From a virus (Duplodnaviria > Caudoviricetes), in the IMG/VR virus record IMGVR_UViG_3300029288_000123, positions 1-64,000 of that record: a DNA stretch of 64,000 nt; one strand, written 5' to 3'. The notes under the pieces were generated by a model. The model worked only from the letters and a program-made list of their open reading frames with translations. It was not told the origin of the DNA and ran no database searches. Both the position numbers and the translations under genes were made by a program. Each line of letters opens with the position of its first letter. The first letter of the stretch is position 1. Shown here in pieces: positions 46,988 to 57,169 of this stretch.

Positions 46988-49900
46988 TTAAGAAGGATAC
47001 CTTGCAAGCACTAAATCATATATATAATCTTTTTCACTTATACTTTCAATAAAATAATTGTTATCTATATTATTATAAGAATCAGTTACATAAACTGTTT
47101 GACCCATCTTTAAGAACGATTGTTTTAAAACTGATACTTGAATTTTATCATGGTCTTTTACTACTTCTTTCAACCAGCTTTTGCTTAGTGTATCAAGTTC
47201 GGTTTGTAAAAATAAATCGTCTTGCTGAGTTCGGTCTATTTTTTTTAATCTATCCCCGTATGTTCCTAATAAATTGTTATCATCATATAACGTTGTATCT
47301 GTTTCTATACTTGCAGTTACGGTCGTTCCAGATAATTCTGCAATAGAACTGCCCACTTCACAACCTACAAAAGTATTGCCTGATATTCCTGTATAAGTAA
47401 AAAACTTGTTTTCATCTTTATCTAAATAAACTGTAACTGATTGGCTGGAAGAAGGTTCTTCAAAACCTTCCGTGCTTGCTACATAAACAGTTGTATTTCC
47501 AAAATTAATATCTTGAGTTAATGTAGTTGTTCGAATTAATGTTGCATTAGATTCTAACACTATATCTGTATAAACCGCTATTTCAGAAAACGCCACGACA
47601 TAATAGCCAGTTTGATACTCAACTTTTGAAACATCTTCTAAAACAATTTTTAAATATCTAGCTTCAAAACCAATACCCAAATCACTTTCTTCAAAAGAAA
47701 CAGATTCCCCTCCAGTTAATCCTACATTCGTTGCTTCATTACTAATAGCATAATAATTAGAATTGTCAGTTGAATATTGCAATGAAAAACTAAAACTAAT
47801 ATCAAATTTATATGATGTCCCTTCGGGTTTAAAAAACCCAGCCATAATATCTATAGCTTGAATATTGTAAGTATCACCTAAATCTAAAATCGCAAAATTA
47901 AATCCCGTAGGAGGTTGAGCAACCCAAATAGTTTGAACTTGAGTTGAAAATTTACCGTCTATCATTCTATCTATTGCTTCATATTCTTGCATTACAGCGT
48001 CATACCAAAAATCTCCAGTAACAACATCTGTAGCAACATCATCTATTAATCCTTTTCTTATATGAAATTCCATATTTTCATAGTCTACTTGAACATCAGA
48101 ACTCTGATAAATAACGTGATAAGTAGCAGTAGAAATACTTGTAACATCGTCTCGTTGTTCATTTGTTCCTAACGGATACGCTCCATTAGCATAATCGAAA
48201 TATGCTGAATTAGGCGGAACAGTAATAAGAGGAGTTGCGGTTGCATCATAAAATGTAACCGGATAACTTGGGTCTACCGGAGTTCTATCACAGTATAAAA
48301 CATAATGATAATAAATTACTCCGCCACTTTGAGGAGAAGTCCACCAATCATAATGCCAAGCATCTGTTAAAGTCAATTCTTGAGAACCTTCTTCAACTTT
48401 GATACCGTTTATTTTGACGAAGGGTGCAGATTTAGAAGAATTAATCCGCCCACCATCTATTCCTACAACTTTATAAACATAACTATTGCCTTCTGCTCTA
48501 TCATAATCTAATTCTATATCTATGGCGTGAGCAGTATATTCTTCGTCTGTAGTAATAAATTGAGCACCCGTGTTATAACATACGTTTGTAGGGTTTTTAT
48601 TATTTGCAAATATTTTAACTCTAGTATAGGGGCTATCATCGGATAAATAATTAAATTTTTGTTCTAAATTTAAAGTATAATCAGCAGTATCTTTTTGAGA
48701 TAAATAAGAAGCCCAAATTTTGTTATCTCCCTGTGTTCTTATAATATAGTTAGGAGCAAGATAATCTTTAAGTTTGGTTATTGCTTCGAATCTATTTTCA
48801 ATTTCTCGACTTCTAAAATCCATTTTGTTTAGTTCTATTCCACTACTTTGCAAAGTTGAAAACGTGTAATTTGTATCACAAGTTACAGTAGATGAACTAT
48901 CAATAGCTTCATTTAAAATTATACGACCATACCGTAAATCTACATAATTAATAGCACTTCCGCTAGGAATAGTAAAATCCGAAGAAGTTAATTGAGTAAT
49001 AATATGATTAAATGTAGTATACCATATCTGTCCAGCAGAATAAGTAGCTGTATATCTTACATAATCACCAGCCGAATGAAAACCTAACGAATTATCTCCA
49101 CTTAAAGGGATACCTTGTAAAGTATTTCCGCTTCCTATTGCCGTATATGTAAAAGTATCACCATTAATTTCAACGGAAACCGGCTGCCCCGAATCGGGTT
49201 CAGGAAATCCTTCTGTTGATGTTATTATAATATAAGAAGTATCTCCACTAGCGTCTGGGTCATAATCGGAAGCCAACGTAGTTTCTATAGTAACAGAAGT
49301 ATCAGAAGAATTAGGTGTCATCGTATCTACAAGTTTATTTTCTTCTGCATAAAATGTAGACCTCAAATGATTATTAATTAAATCTGTACTAGATTCTTCA
49401 TCAAATAAATAATTATTGTATCCGTCGGGTTCACATAAAATAGATTCTAAAATATCTTCGGCATATAGTCCTTTCGGATAATAATAATACGAACTACAAG
49501 TTACACTCCAATCTACAGCATTAATAGCTTTTCCTAATTTTAATTGACCCGTAGAATTTGAAATTTCAAATCCGTCGTATTGAATTTCTGAATCGTCTAA
49601 AGCATTATGTTCAATAACTATAATAGGCAAAGGGTTGGGGGCAATATTTTCATTAGCAAAATCAAATACCTGAGCAGTATTTTCGTTTGGTTCAGGTAAA
49701 AAATTAGGAGTTAATATTTCATCTGTAGCTTCAACAGAATCAGCCTCAACAACTAAATCTATATCCCAATTTTTAAGTTTTCCTATATAATCTAAACAAG
49801 TTAAAACTATTTCTCGTTCAGTAGCAGATTTGGTTATATTTATTTGATTAACTTCACCATAAAATCTTTTCCATTGAGTAGAATCCCCCCTATAATATTC

Positions 49901-50137
49901 AATATATTCAACAACATCACCTATATATAATTGGTAAGTTCCGCCTCTACCAAACAAACCGGCATTATTAAACAAAGTAAAAGAAGCTGTCATTGAACCA
50001 AAATCTGTACTTACACTTATAGATTTATCTTTTAAATAAGAAGAATAATCCTCCCCGTTTATTTTAAAGAGATAACTTGTTTTTAAATGTTTTAAACTGA
50101 TTTGTTTGTTAAGAACAGCAGTAAGTGCCCGTGCCAT
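46988..50137 (-). CDS. Baseplate hub/tail-tip protein with discoidin-like domain
   Basis: Follows distal tail gene; ILDLG..LQYSTD..ARYLKI..SEIAVY F5/8C-like motif. Confidence 0.65.
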   Translation of the reverse strand: MARALTAVLNKQISLKHLKTSYLFKINGEDYSSYLKDKSISVSTDFGSMTASFTLFNNAGLFGRGGTYQLYIGDVVEYIEYYRGDSTQWKRFYGEVNQINITKSATEREIVLTCLDYIGKLKNWDIDLVVEADSVEATDEILTPNFLPEPNENTAQVFDFANENIAPNPLPIIVIEHNALDDSEIQYDGFEISNSTGQLKLGKAINAVDWSVTCSSYYYYPKGLYAEDILESILCEPDGYNNYLFDEESSTDLINNHLRSTFYAEENKLVDTMTPNSSDTSVTIETTLASDYDPDASGDTSYIIITSTEGFPEPDSGQPVSVEINGDTFTYTAIGSGNTLQGIPLSGDNSLGFHSAGDYVRYTATYSAGQIWYTTFNHIITQLTSSDFTIPSGSAINYVDLRYGRIILNEAIDSSSTVTCDTNYTFSTLQSSGIELNKMDFRSREIENRFEAITKLKDYLAPNYIIRTQGDNKIWASYLSQKDTADYTLNLEQKFNYLSDDSPYTRVKIFANNKNPTNVCYNTGAQFITTDEEYTAHAIDIELDYDRAEGNSYVYKVVGIDGGRINSSKSAPFVKINGIKVEEGSQELTLTDAWHYDWWTSPQSGGVIYYHYVLYCDRTPVDPSYPVTFYDATATPLITVPPNSAYFDYANGAYPLGTNEQRDDVTSISTATYHVIYQSSDVQVDYENMEFHIRKGLIDDVATDVVTGDFWYDAVMQEYEAIDRMIDGKFSTQVQTIWVAQPPTGFNFAILDLGDTYNIQAIDIMAGFFKPEGTSYKFDISFSFSLQYSTDNSNYYAISNEATNVGLTGGESVSFEESDLGIGFEARYLKIVLEDVSKVEYQTGYYVVAFSEIAVYTDIVLESNATLIRTTTLTQDINFGNTTVYVASTEGFEEPSSSQSVTVYLDKDENKFFTYTGISGNTFVGCEVGSSIAELSGTTVTASIETDTTLYDDNNLLGTYGDRLKKIDRTQQDDLFLQTELDTLSKSWLKEVVKDHDKIQVSVLKQSFLKMGQTVYVTDSYNNIDNNYFIESISEKDYIYDLVLARYPS

Positions 50138-50146
50138 AATAGTTCC

Positions 50147-50533
50147 TTATTCTCTTTCAAATGTTACGGTAAAATCTACGTAACTAGGATTGTGTCCTAT
50201 CAATTCTGTTTTTTTATGACTAACAAAATAACCAATATAAACATCTCCATTATGAGTGGTTACTTTTACACGTTCTTCATCATTAATATAATCTAATATT
50301 TTTTCGATTATAGCATCATCAACTTCTAAAAATTTCCATTCAAAAATTAAAGAATCATCAACAGAAGTGTTTTCTGGTGTATAAAAAGATTTAGACCCAT
50401 CAGCTAAAACTACAGTTACCCTAGTCGAATCTGTATTATCTGTTAATGGTGCATTTGGTCTATAAATAGTTCCGTCGCTTACCCACACATCTCCTGAACT
50501 CCAAATCTGAACTGCCCAAGTTCCTCTGCTCAT
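50147..50533 (-). CDS. Putative distal tail protein
   Basis: Synteny after tape measure; ends VTFERE. Confidence 0.55.
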   Translation of the reverse strand: MSRGTWAVQIWSSGDVWVSDGTIYRPNAPLTDNTDSTRVTVVLADGSKSFYTPENTSVDDSLIFEWKFLEVDDAIIEKILDYINDEERVKVTTHNGDVYIGYFVSHKKTELIGHNPSYVDFTVTFERE

Positions 50534-50551
50534 ATCTTACTCCGTTAATTT

Positions 50552-53500
50552 TTATGTTATTCCTCTTCTGCTATCTACTGAAAATTCGTCATCTATATTA
50601 GATTTCGATGCAAAATAAGCCGACTCTGGTAATATATATGTTTCTATTGTTTGTCTTAATGCTACCAGATTTCTGTTTACAATAGATAATTCTGAATTTG
50701 TCACATCTATTTTTGAGGCTACCCCTTTTACTCCTCGATGTTCTTCAGCTAAATGTGAATAATCTTCTTCGTCATCATCTTTTCCAAAGAGATTTCCCCA
50801 CAATAAACTACCGACACTTAAAACACTTCCTATTACTGGTATCATAGAACTTATAGAAGACACTAAATTAGATTGAAGCAATCCCCCCAATCCTCCCATT
50901 ATTCCACCAGCAACTCCGCTAGCACTATATCCTCCCATTGCAGAAGTCAAAGTCCCTGTTAAAGCAGAAACAATATCTCCACCCACATTGCCTGCTTTTT
51001 TAGTTGCTGTATCAGTCGTTCCTCCTAAAACACTGTTCGCTGTAGCGGAAAAATTTCGATTCCAAATTATACTTGCTTGTGTAATTCCGTCTACGTGACC
51101 ATTATATTCTTTCATATAAACATAATCGCCACCCACTTGATGACCCAAATCTATTTTTGTTCCAATATCAGCAAATATAGATTGAATATTAGCAAACCCT
51201 TCTCCCCAACCTTCTCCTAATCCACTAGTTGCGGTAGCAAGATTCCCAAAAATATCACCAAAGTTTTCTGCCATAGATTCTCTAAATTTAGAAGATATTT
51301 CATCAAAAAATGAAGATATATCTGTATTGCCTCTTAAAATATCTGTAAACACACTAGAAACAGCGTCTTTTGCTTGAGCAGAATAATCTGCTATAATTGA
51401 TAATCTCTCAACTAATAACTTGTTATGTAACTTTTCAAGTTCAATTTCGCCTTCTTTATCTTTATAAGCAATTAAAGCGTTTTCTTTTAACTGAATTTCA
51501 TATTGTAATAATTGTTCTTTAGTATATAAGCCCGAAGCATTTAATAATTCGAGTTGATTAGCGATAGCCAATTCTTCTTGTTGTTTATCTGTAATTGCAC
51601 CGTATTTTTTTTCCATATCTTCTAAAGAAGCGTCTCTCAACTTCAGAATTTTATTAATAATATCTTCAGCATATCCGCCTTCAAGAAACCCTTTATAAAT
51701 ATCTTCGGGTTTCATTTGCATTATTTCTCGAATAGACAAATCAACAGTAGGAATAGTTTTAAGTTTACCTAAAGATTCTTTTGCTTTATTAGCTTCAACG
51801 GTTTTACCTTCTTCTTCTAACTTTTTAATCAACTCTTCTTGATTTTTTATGGCTGTTCTGCGGGTTCTATCCTGAGTTTCCATTATTTGTAAAATTTGTT
51901 CTTGCTTAATAATAAAAGAATCTACTCCCGCAATTTCCATCATAGCTAAATCATGACTATCTTCTAATGCCTGAAGTCTTTCTTTCTGAATAAACGTTAA
52001 TTCTTTAGTTGCTTTTCCTATACTATCTTGAGCGTCTTTTTGCTGAACGAGTAAATTATAAATATTTAGATAAGCTCCTTGCAACTCTTCAGCAACTATT
52101 CCTTCTTTATTTAAAAACTCTATTATTTCAGATTGAGCATCTAAAATGTTTTTGTGTTTGTTAGCTTTTTCTTTAAGAAAACTAACAATCTTTTCCTGTT
52201 GAGAAACTTCTCTCTCACTTGTTTTTTCAGTAGAAATTTTTAATGGTTTTACACCTAAATCTTCCGTTACTTTTGCTAATAAAACAATTTCATCTATAGC
52301 ATTACCAAGAACGTCCCCAGCCCCACTAGCTTTTAACCCAAAAAACATTTTTTGTAGTGCTTTAAACGGATTAAAAGTAGGTTCTCCTAATTTTTTATAT
52401 TCATCAAACAATTTTTCAAAATACTGAGAATCTGTTCCTAACCCAAACCCTTTAATATATTCCTGAGCTAACTGCATATTTTTACTAAATTTTTCGGCTT
52501 CTACAGTTATTCCTGCAAAAAAGTTTTTTAACCCCCCACTAGATTCAGTAGAAGAAACGGTTGCTGTTCTCCACATTTTTTTAAGAATAGTTCCCCAATC
52601 GCTCTCAGCCAGTTCTTTTAATTTTTGAGCAGTTCCGTCTATTTGTTCAGGAGTTTTTTCTATTTCTTCATTCCATTTTTCCCACTGAGTTAAAATACTA
52701 AGAATTGCTCTAGACCCCCTATCACCAAAAACATCAATCAAATCATTTGTATAACTCAATGACCCTCTTTGAGCATCAAACTGGGCTTTTAATTGAGTCA
52801 TAACATCATAAAAATCAAGAGGTTTATTTGGGTCAAAAACAATTCCTAATTCTCTTAATTTGCTAGATTCTTTAGCAATTTGAACAAATGCCTGAGCTAA
52901 ATATCTTGCACCTTTCCCACCTCTTAACATACCATCACTCATAACAGCAGTTGTGCTAATAAGAGTTTTTAAATCTATATTTAAAGAGTTTCCTACACTA
53001 GCCAAATAACCCATGGCAGTGTTGATTTCAGATAATTCTATTTGATTATTTTTCCAAGCATCTGCTAACAAATCTGTTATATATTGAATTTTTTTAGAGG
53101 TTGACCCCACTTTTTCAAGGTCTTTATCAAAAACATTTAAAATACCAGAAACAACTTTTCCGGATTCAGCAACATTTCCAAATGTTCCTATAGCAAGGTT
53201 TAAAACATCATCAAACCCTTTCATTATTTCTTCTGTTGACCTACCAGCAGTTCCTAACTGATACATAGCTTCAGTTATATCTGCTATTGACCTTCCGCTT
53301 GTAACATAATATTTTTTAACCTCTGCTTCTAAAGCCCTATAAGTTTTTAATTGAGTAGTATTAGTATAAGTCGCAACAGCCATTACTCGTTTCATTTTTT
53401 CGTCAAGTTCAGTATAAACCTGAATAATATCTTTAACTGCTCCAACAACCAAACTCATAGCCAACCGTATCGCTTGCCAAATAGGAACAACTGCCAATGC

Positions 53501-53863
53501 TCTTATTGCTAACTTTGCTTGAGATTCAATTAGACCTTGATTTGCTAAAGTAAATTGTTTAACAGATTGACCAGTAACTCTAGTATTGTTGCTAAATGTA
53601 CTTAAAAGACTGTCCCCTTCTTTAAGGCTTGTATTTATAGTATTAACAGCTTTATCAGCGTGCTGAGTTGTAATTTTATATTGATTTATTGCTTCTCCGT
53701 TTTTAAACAGAGTTGTTTTCTGTGCATCTAGAATTTTAGTAACAGGAGCTACGTTCATTCCTAGCTGTTTATATTGTGTATCTAATGCTTGGAGTTGGCT
53801 TGCTCCTTCTTGAGCTCCAGTAGCATCAGCAACAATTTTAATTATATAAGTTTCAGTATTCAT
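50552..53863 (-). CDS. Tail tape measure protein (TP901-like)
   Basis: 1103 aa helical; AEVKKY...ITEAMYQLGTAG...LNLAIGT core; Gly-rich C-terminus. Confidence 0.9.
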   Translation of the reverse strand: MNTETYIIKIVADATGAQEGASQLQALDTQYKQLGMNVAPVTKILDAQKTTLFKNGEAINQYKITTQHADKAVNTINTSLKEGDSLLSTFSNNTRVTGQSVKQFTLANQGLIESQAKLAIRALAVVPIWQAIRLAMSLVVGAVKDIIQVYTELDEKMKRVMAVATYTNTTQLKTYRALEAEVKKYYVTSGRSIADITEAMYQLGTAGRSTEEIMKGFDDVLNLAIGTFGNVAESGKVVSGILNVFDKDLEKVGSTSKKIQYITDLLADAWKNNQIELSEINTAMGYLASVGNSLNIDLKTLISTTAVMSDGMLRGGKGARYLAQAFVQIAKESSKLRELGIVFDPNKPLDFYDVMTQLKAQFDAQRGSLSYTNDLIDVFGDRGSRAILSILTQWEKWNEEIEKTPEQIDGTAQKLKELAESDWGTILKKMWRTATVSSTESSGGLKNFFAGITVEAEKFSKNMQLAQEYIKGFGLGTDSQYFEKLFDEYKKLGEPTFNPFKALQKMFFGLKASGAGDVLGNAIDEIVLLAKVTEDLGVKPLKISTEKTSEREVSQQEKIVSFLKEKANKHKNILDAQSEIIEFLNKEGIVAEELQGAYLNIYNLLVQQKDAQDSIGKATKELTFIQKERLQALEDSHDLAMMEIAGVDSFIIKQEQILQIMETQDRTRRTAIKNQEELIKKLEEEGKTVEANKAKESLGKLKTIPTVDLSIREIMQMKPEDIYKGFLEGGYAEDIINKILKLRDASLEDMEKKYGAITDKQQEELAIANQLELLNASGLYTKEQLLQYEIQLKENALIAYKDKEGEIELEKLHNKLLVERLSIIADYSAQAKDAVSSVFTDILRGNTDISSFFDEISSKFRESMAENFGDIFGNLATATSGLGEGWGEGFANIQSIFADIGTKIDLGHQVGGDYVYMKEYNGHVDGITQASIIWNRNFSATANSVLGGTTDTATKKAGNVGGDIVSALTGTLTSAMGGYSASGVAGGIMGGLGGLLQSNLVSSISSMIPVIGSVLSVGSLLWGNLFGKDDDEEDYSHLAEEHRGVKGVASKIDVTNSELSIVNRNLVALRQTIETYILPESAYFASKSNIDDEFSVDSRRGIT

Positions 53864-54234
53864 TGTCTATTCTTTCTGTTTGCAGTAAAAACAATACTAT
53901 CAGTATGTAAATTCTTTGGCTTCAGTTTTTTATTTAATGTATTTGATGGTTGCCTTTGTTCTTTATCTCTCTTTCGTTTCTCTCTACTATATACAAACCA
54001 AGAATCTATATAAATATCATCTTCTAAAACTTTGTCAGTAACTTCGCCCATAGATACTTCCATATAAATTTGAGAATAATAATTTAACAAATCTACAAAT
54101 TCTAATTGTAAACCCGAAAAATTAAAATTATTTGCAAAAAGCAAATTAGCAGTTTCCTTAGATAACCCAAATATACTTTGCCACTTCCTGCTTTTAGCCA
54201 GCGTTTTCAATAATTTATAATAATTTTTTATCAT
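53860..54234 (-). CDS. Tail assembly chaperone, gpT-like part
   Basis: Synteny immediately before tape measure. Confidence 0.55.
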   Translation of the reverse strand: MIKNYYKLLKTLAKSRKWQSIFGLSKETANLLFANNFNFSGLQLEFVDLLNYYSQIYMEVSMGEVTDKVLEDDIYIDSWFVYSREKRKRDKEQRQPSNTLNKKLKPKNLHTDSIVFTANRKNRQ

Positions 54235-54235
54235 A

Positions 54236-54925
54236 CTAAAAAATCATTTCTCCTCGACTAATTAAAGTGCTATTGAAAGTAATCAAATATAATAGTTTTT
54301 CGTCTTTTTCGTTTTCATATTCTTTCCAAGATTTCCAAACTTTTTCATATTTATCGGGTTCATTTTCTTTTGCTATATTAACTTCGGCTAATAGATAAGC
54401 TAAATAACTATATCCATACAACGTGCTTTGTTGTTCAATGCTTATTTCTAACAAAGAAGTTTTCTTTATAGATAATTGATGTTGTTGAGATTTTATGTCT
54501 TCTATAATATCTTTTAATTTTTTAAGTTCAGACATCAACTTTTTCTCTAACGCTTCGCCGAGTTTTATTTTATAATCTTTTTTTTGTCTTTCAAGTTCTA
54601 AAATTTCTGTATCAATAGCGTTTATATCTATTCCTCGGTCTTTATATTGTTTAATTAAATCTTTTTCCAACATATAAGATTTGTCTTGAATAAGTTCAGT
54701 ATCTTTCTTAACTTTGGCTTGATAAAGGTCAGATTTCTGTTTTTGTGTGGGTTTCTGAACTCTATATTTTTTGTTGTTATGTTCAAATACAATTTCATTG
54801 TTTATCAAAATATTTTCGAGCTCATCTAAATTAACAGATTCTTTTATTTCTGCCAGTATATCTTTTTCTTTTTTTTCCGTACTTTCAGTCATTGTATTGT
54901 CCTTTCTTACCGTTATTTTATCCAT
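54236..54925 (-). CDS. Tail assembly chaperone, gpG-like
   Basis: Synteny; ends at an ATT TTT TAG candidate shift site. Confidence 0.55.
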   Translation of the reverse strand: MDKITVRKDNTMTESTEKKEKDILAEIKESVNLDELENILINNEIVFEHNNKKYRVQKPTQKQKSDLYQAKVKKDTELIQDKSYMLEKDLIKQYKDRGIDINAIDTEILELERQKKDYKIKLGEALEKKLMSELKKLKDIIEDIKSQQHQLSIKKTSLLEISIEQQSTLYGYSYLAYLLAEVNIAKENEPDKYEKVWKSWKEYENEKDEKLLYLITFNSTLISRGEMIF

Positions 54926-54943
54926 ATAAACAAAAAGAGCAGG

Positions 54944-55231
54944 TTAGAGTTTTTTCCACTCTTTCCTGCTCGATTGATTTGAATTAAAAACTATTGTGTC
55001 TTTATGTGGTTTTTGTTTATTTTTAAAAATTATTGTATCCTTACTCGACCCTCTAGCTAACAACAAATTACATAAAGCCCTGAATTCTTCATAAACTATT
55101 TCTTTAATATTGGATTTTAACAGTTCTCTGTTACCCAATATTTCAAACCTTTTACAAATCTTACCGACCAGAGAAATACTCGTTCCTTTAACAATATTCT
55201 CTACTTGTTCCTTACTTATATGAATTTCCAT
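54944..55231 (-). CDS. Hypothetical protein
   Basis: ORF with AAAGG RBS. Confidence 0.55.
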   Translation of the reverse strand: MEIHISKEQVENIVKGTSISLVGKICKRFEILGNRELLKSNIKEIVYEEFRALCNLLLARGSSKDTIIFKNKQKPHKDTIVFNSNQSSRKEWKKL

Positions 55232-55248
55232 ACACTTACCTTTCTATA

Positions 55249-55260
55249 TATAATTCTTTG
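55249..55260 (-). promoter_or_regulatory. Candidate late-promoter motif CAAAGAATTATA
   Basis: Identical 12-mer at 60556-60567, nearly the same distance from the downstream start codon. Confidence 0.45.
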
Positions 55261-55264
55261 CTGA

Positions 55265-55330
55265 GGTAGGGTCAGATATACCTTAACCCCTAATCTCAAG
55301 CGAGAGACCCCATTCTGTGCGTTTTTGGGG
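55265..55330. repeat. Dispersed element copy 4 (core < arm)
   Basis: Core GGTAGGGTCAGATATACC 55265-55282; 55305-55330 is the reverse complement of 1625-1650. Confidence 0.9.
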
Positions 55331-55363
55331 CATATCTGAGGTCTCTCGTTATTAATTTCTCCG

Positions 55364-56608
55364 TTATGACCAGTTAGTTAACTCTGTCGTATTATCCGCT
55401 ATAATAGCTTCTTCGCCTTCAAGAGTGTTACCTTCTGTTAAATGAGTTTCTACAGGAGCACTATCATCTAAACTTGTAGGAGCTAAATCTTTAAGTTTCA
55501 TTCCTAACAGAAAATCACTAGCACTCTTAGTTGAATTAGCATAAATATATACATAAAATACTATATCTGTAGCAAATTCTCGAATATCTATCTTAGCGTA
55601 ATCTGCACTTTGACCTGATAATATTTCAGGAAGTGTAAGAGTTTCAACTATTCTTCCAAGTGTTACTTTTGTAGTAATAGTATTTACTCCTCTCGCAACA
55701 ACTTCACTGTTACCAAGTTCTTTAACATCATTTCTATCAAATGTAACTTCAACAGAAGCGTTTTGTAATCTGTATAAATAATTTCCAGAACCCATATAAA
55801 TACTTACACAATCACCACGAATACCAGCTAAATCAGTTGTATTAGAAGTAAACGGTGTAGCATCAGTAATGTAACTGCTAGCAGTATAATAAGCTTTAAT
55901 TACATCGCCCTCTTCAGTATCTAAAATAGTGATAGTCGTTGAACCAGAATTATAAGTATAATCTGTTGTAAGAGATAATTCAGTAACAACACCACTTCTC
56001 TCTCTGGTAATTCTATCAAAATAAGAATTACTAATGTTAGGGTCTACCACGGGTGCAGGATAATCAGCAAAATCTCCCGAACCTATTACTATAGTTTCAT
56101 TGTCTCCGCCAGCCATCGTATCTGTTAAATAAATTAGATACTTATTTGTTCCTTGATAATCTATTCTATCTTCACCAACAAAATTAAATGTCCTTTCTAT
56201 CAGAGCATCTGGAGCACTCATATTCAACGTAAAACTAGACAATCTTAAATTAGGATACCAACGTGTAAATAAAAAGGTGTTATCTTCATCTGTTATATAT
56301 CCCGCAATATTAATTTGCGAAGTTTTGAAATCCGTCATCTCTACAGAAGTCGAAGCTAAGGATTGATTTGCTAACTGATTAAAAAATTCCATTGAACCAT
56401 ATTCATTTTGTCTTAATGTTACCGGAACATTAGGAATATTTTTAATATAACCAACAACCCCAACTGTTCCTAATTCATTAACTTTATCTCTACTCAAATC
56501 TGGAGTAGAAGTCAGTTCTTGTGCCCTGTCTATTTCCGTAGGTACAGCAGTACCTTTATAAGGAAATACTTTAGGACAATATTTGCTTGTATGAACAACT
56601 GCACTCAT
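55364..56608 (-). CDS. Major tail tube protein
   Basis: Synteny, size, strong GGAGG RBS, repeated ELG motifs. Confidence 0.7.
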   Translation of the reverse strand: MSAVVHTSKYCPKVFPYKGTAVPTEIDRAQELTSTPDLSRDKVNELGTVGVVGYIKNIPNVPVTLRQNEYGSMEFFNQLANQSLASTSVEMTDFKTSQINIAGYITDEDNTFLFTRWYPNLRLSSFTLNMSAPDALIERTFNFVGEDRIDYQGTNKYLIYLTDTMAGGDNETIVIGSGDFADYPAPVVDPNISNSYFDRITRERSGVVTELSLTTDYTYNSGSTTITILDTEEGDVIKAYYTASSYITDATPFTSNTTDLAGIRGDCVSIYMGSGNYLYRLQNASVEVTFDRNDVKELGNSEVVARGVNTITTKVTLGRIVETLTLPEILSGQSADYAKIDIREFATDIVFYVYIYANSTKSASDFLLGMKLKDLAPTSLDDSAPVETHLTEGNTLEGEEAIIADNTTELTNWS

Positions 56609-56663
56609 ATTATTAGTTCCTCCTTTGAACTTTCATAAAAGATAATAACCTCTCCTTAGACTA

Positions 56664-57167
56664 TTATCCCGTTACTGCTAGTGATTTAATATATGTATCA
56701 ATATTTGCCTCTAACCATATTTTAGTCAAGGCAACATAATTCATGGGTCTAATTGGTTTTTTTGGATAAACATAATATCCTTGATTTCCAAAAGTCAATC
56801 TTTCAGTATTAATATTTGTCATTGGCGGGTTTCCTTGACCAAAAAAACCTCTTGTATAGGGTGGAATATATGCTCCCCCCGTCCACATTTGACCAGTATC
56901 AATAACATACCACCAAGGAGCTGTCTGTTGTAAAACAGAAAGTTCTCCTATTCCATAAGAACTATCATCTATAGAATGACTAGCATCTAAAATCGCTCGT
57001 TCAGTAACTCCTTCATTAGGAGTTCGTTTAACATTACTGGTAATAGTATCAGACATATATTTTGCTGTATCTTGCCCTAACAATTGAACAGCTTTTTTTA
57101 TTTGTTCAATTTTTAGTTTAATATCTCTTTGAATATCGCCTTGTTTAACTATAGTCATTTTAATCAT
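56664..57167 (-). CDS. Neck/tail-completion protein (HK97 gp10-like)
   Basis: APWWYVIDTG, PIRPMNY; synteny. Confidence 0.55.
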   Translation of the reverse strand: MIKMTIVKQGDIQRDIKLKIEQIKKAVQLLGQDTAKYMSDTITSNVKRTPNEGVTERAILDASHSIDDSSYGIGELSVLQQTAPWWYVIDTGQMWTGGAYIPPYTRGFFGQGNPPMTNINTERLTFGNQGYYVYPKKPIRPMNYVALTKIWLEANIDTYIKSLAVTG

Positions 57168-57169
57168 AA

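Noticed and set aside
55364-56608. Contractile tail sheath
   Set aside because: Only one major tail gene and no baseplate wedge genes recognised; layout fits a non-contractile tail.
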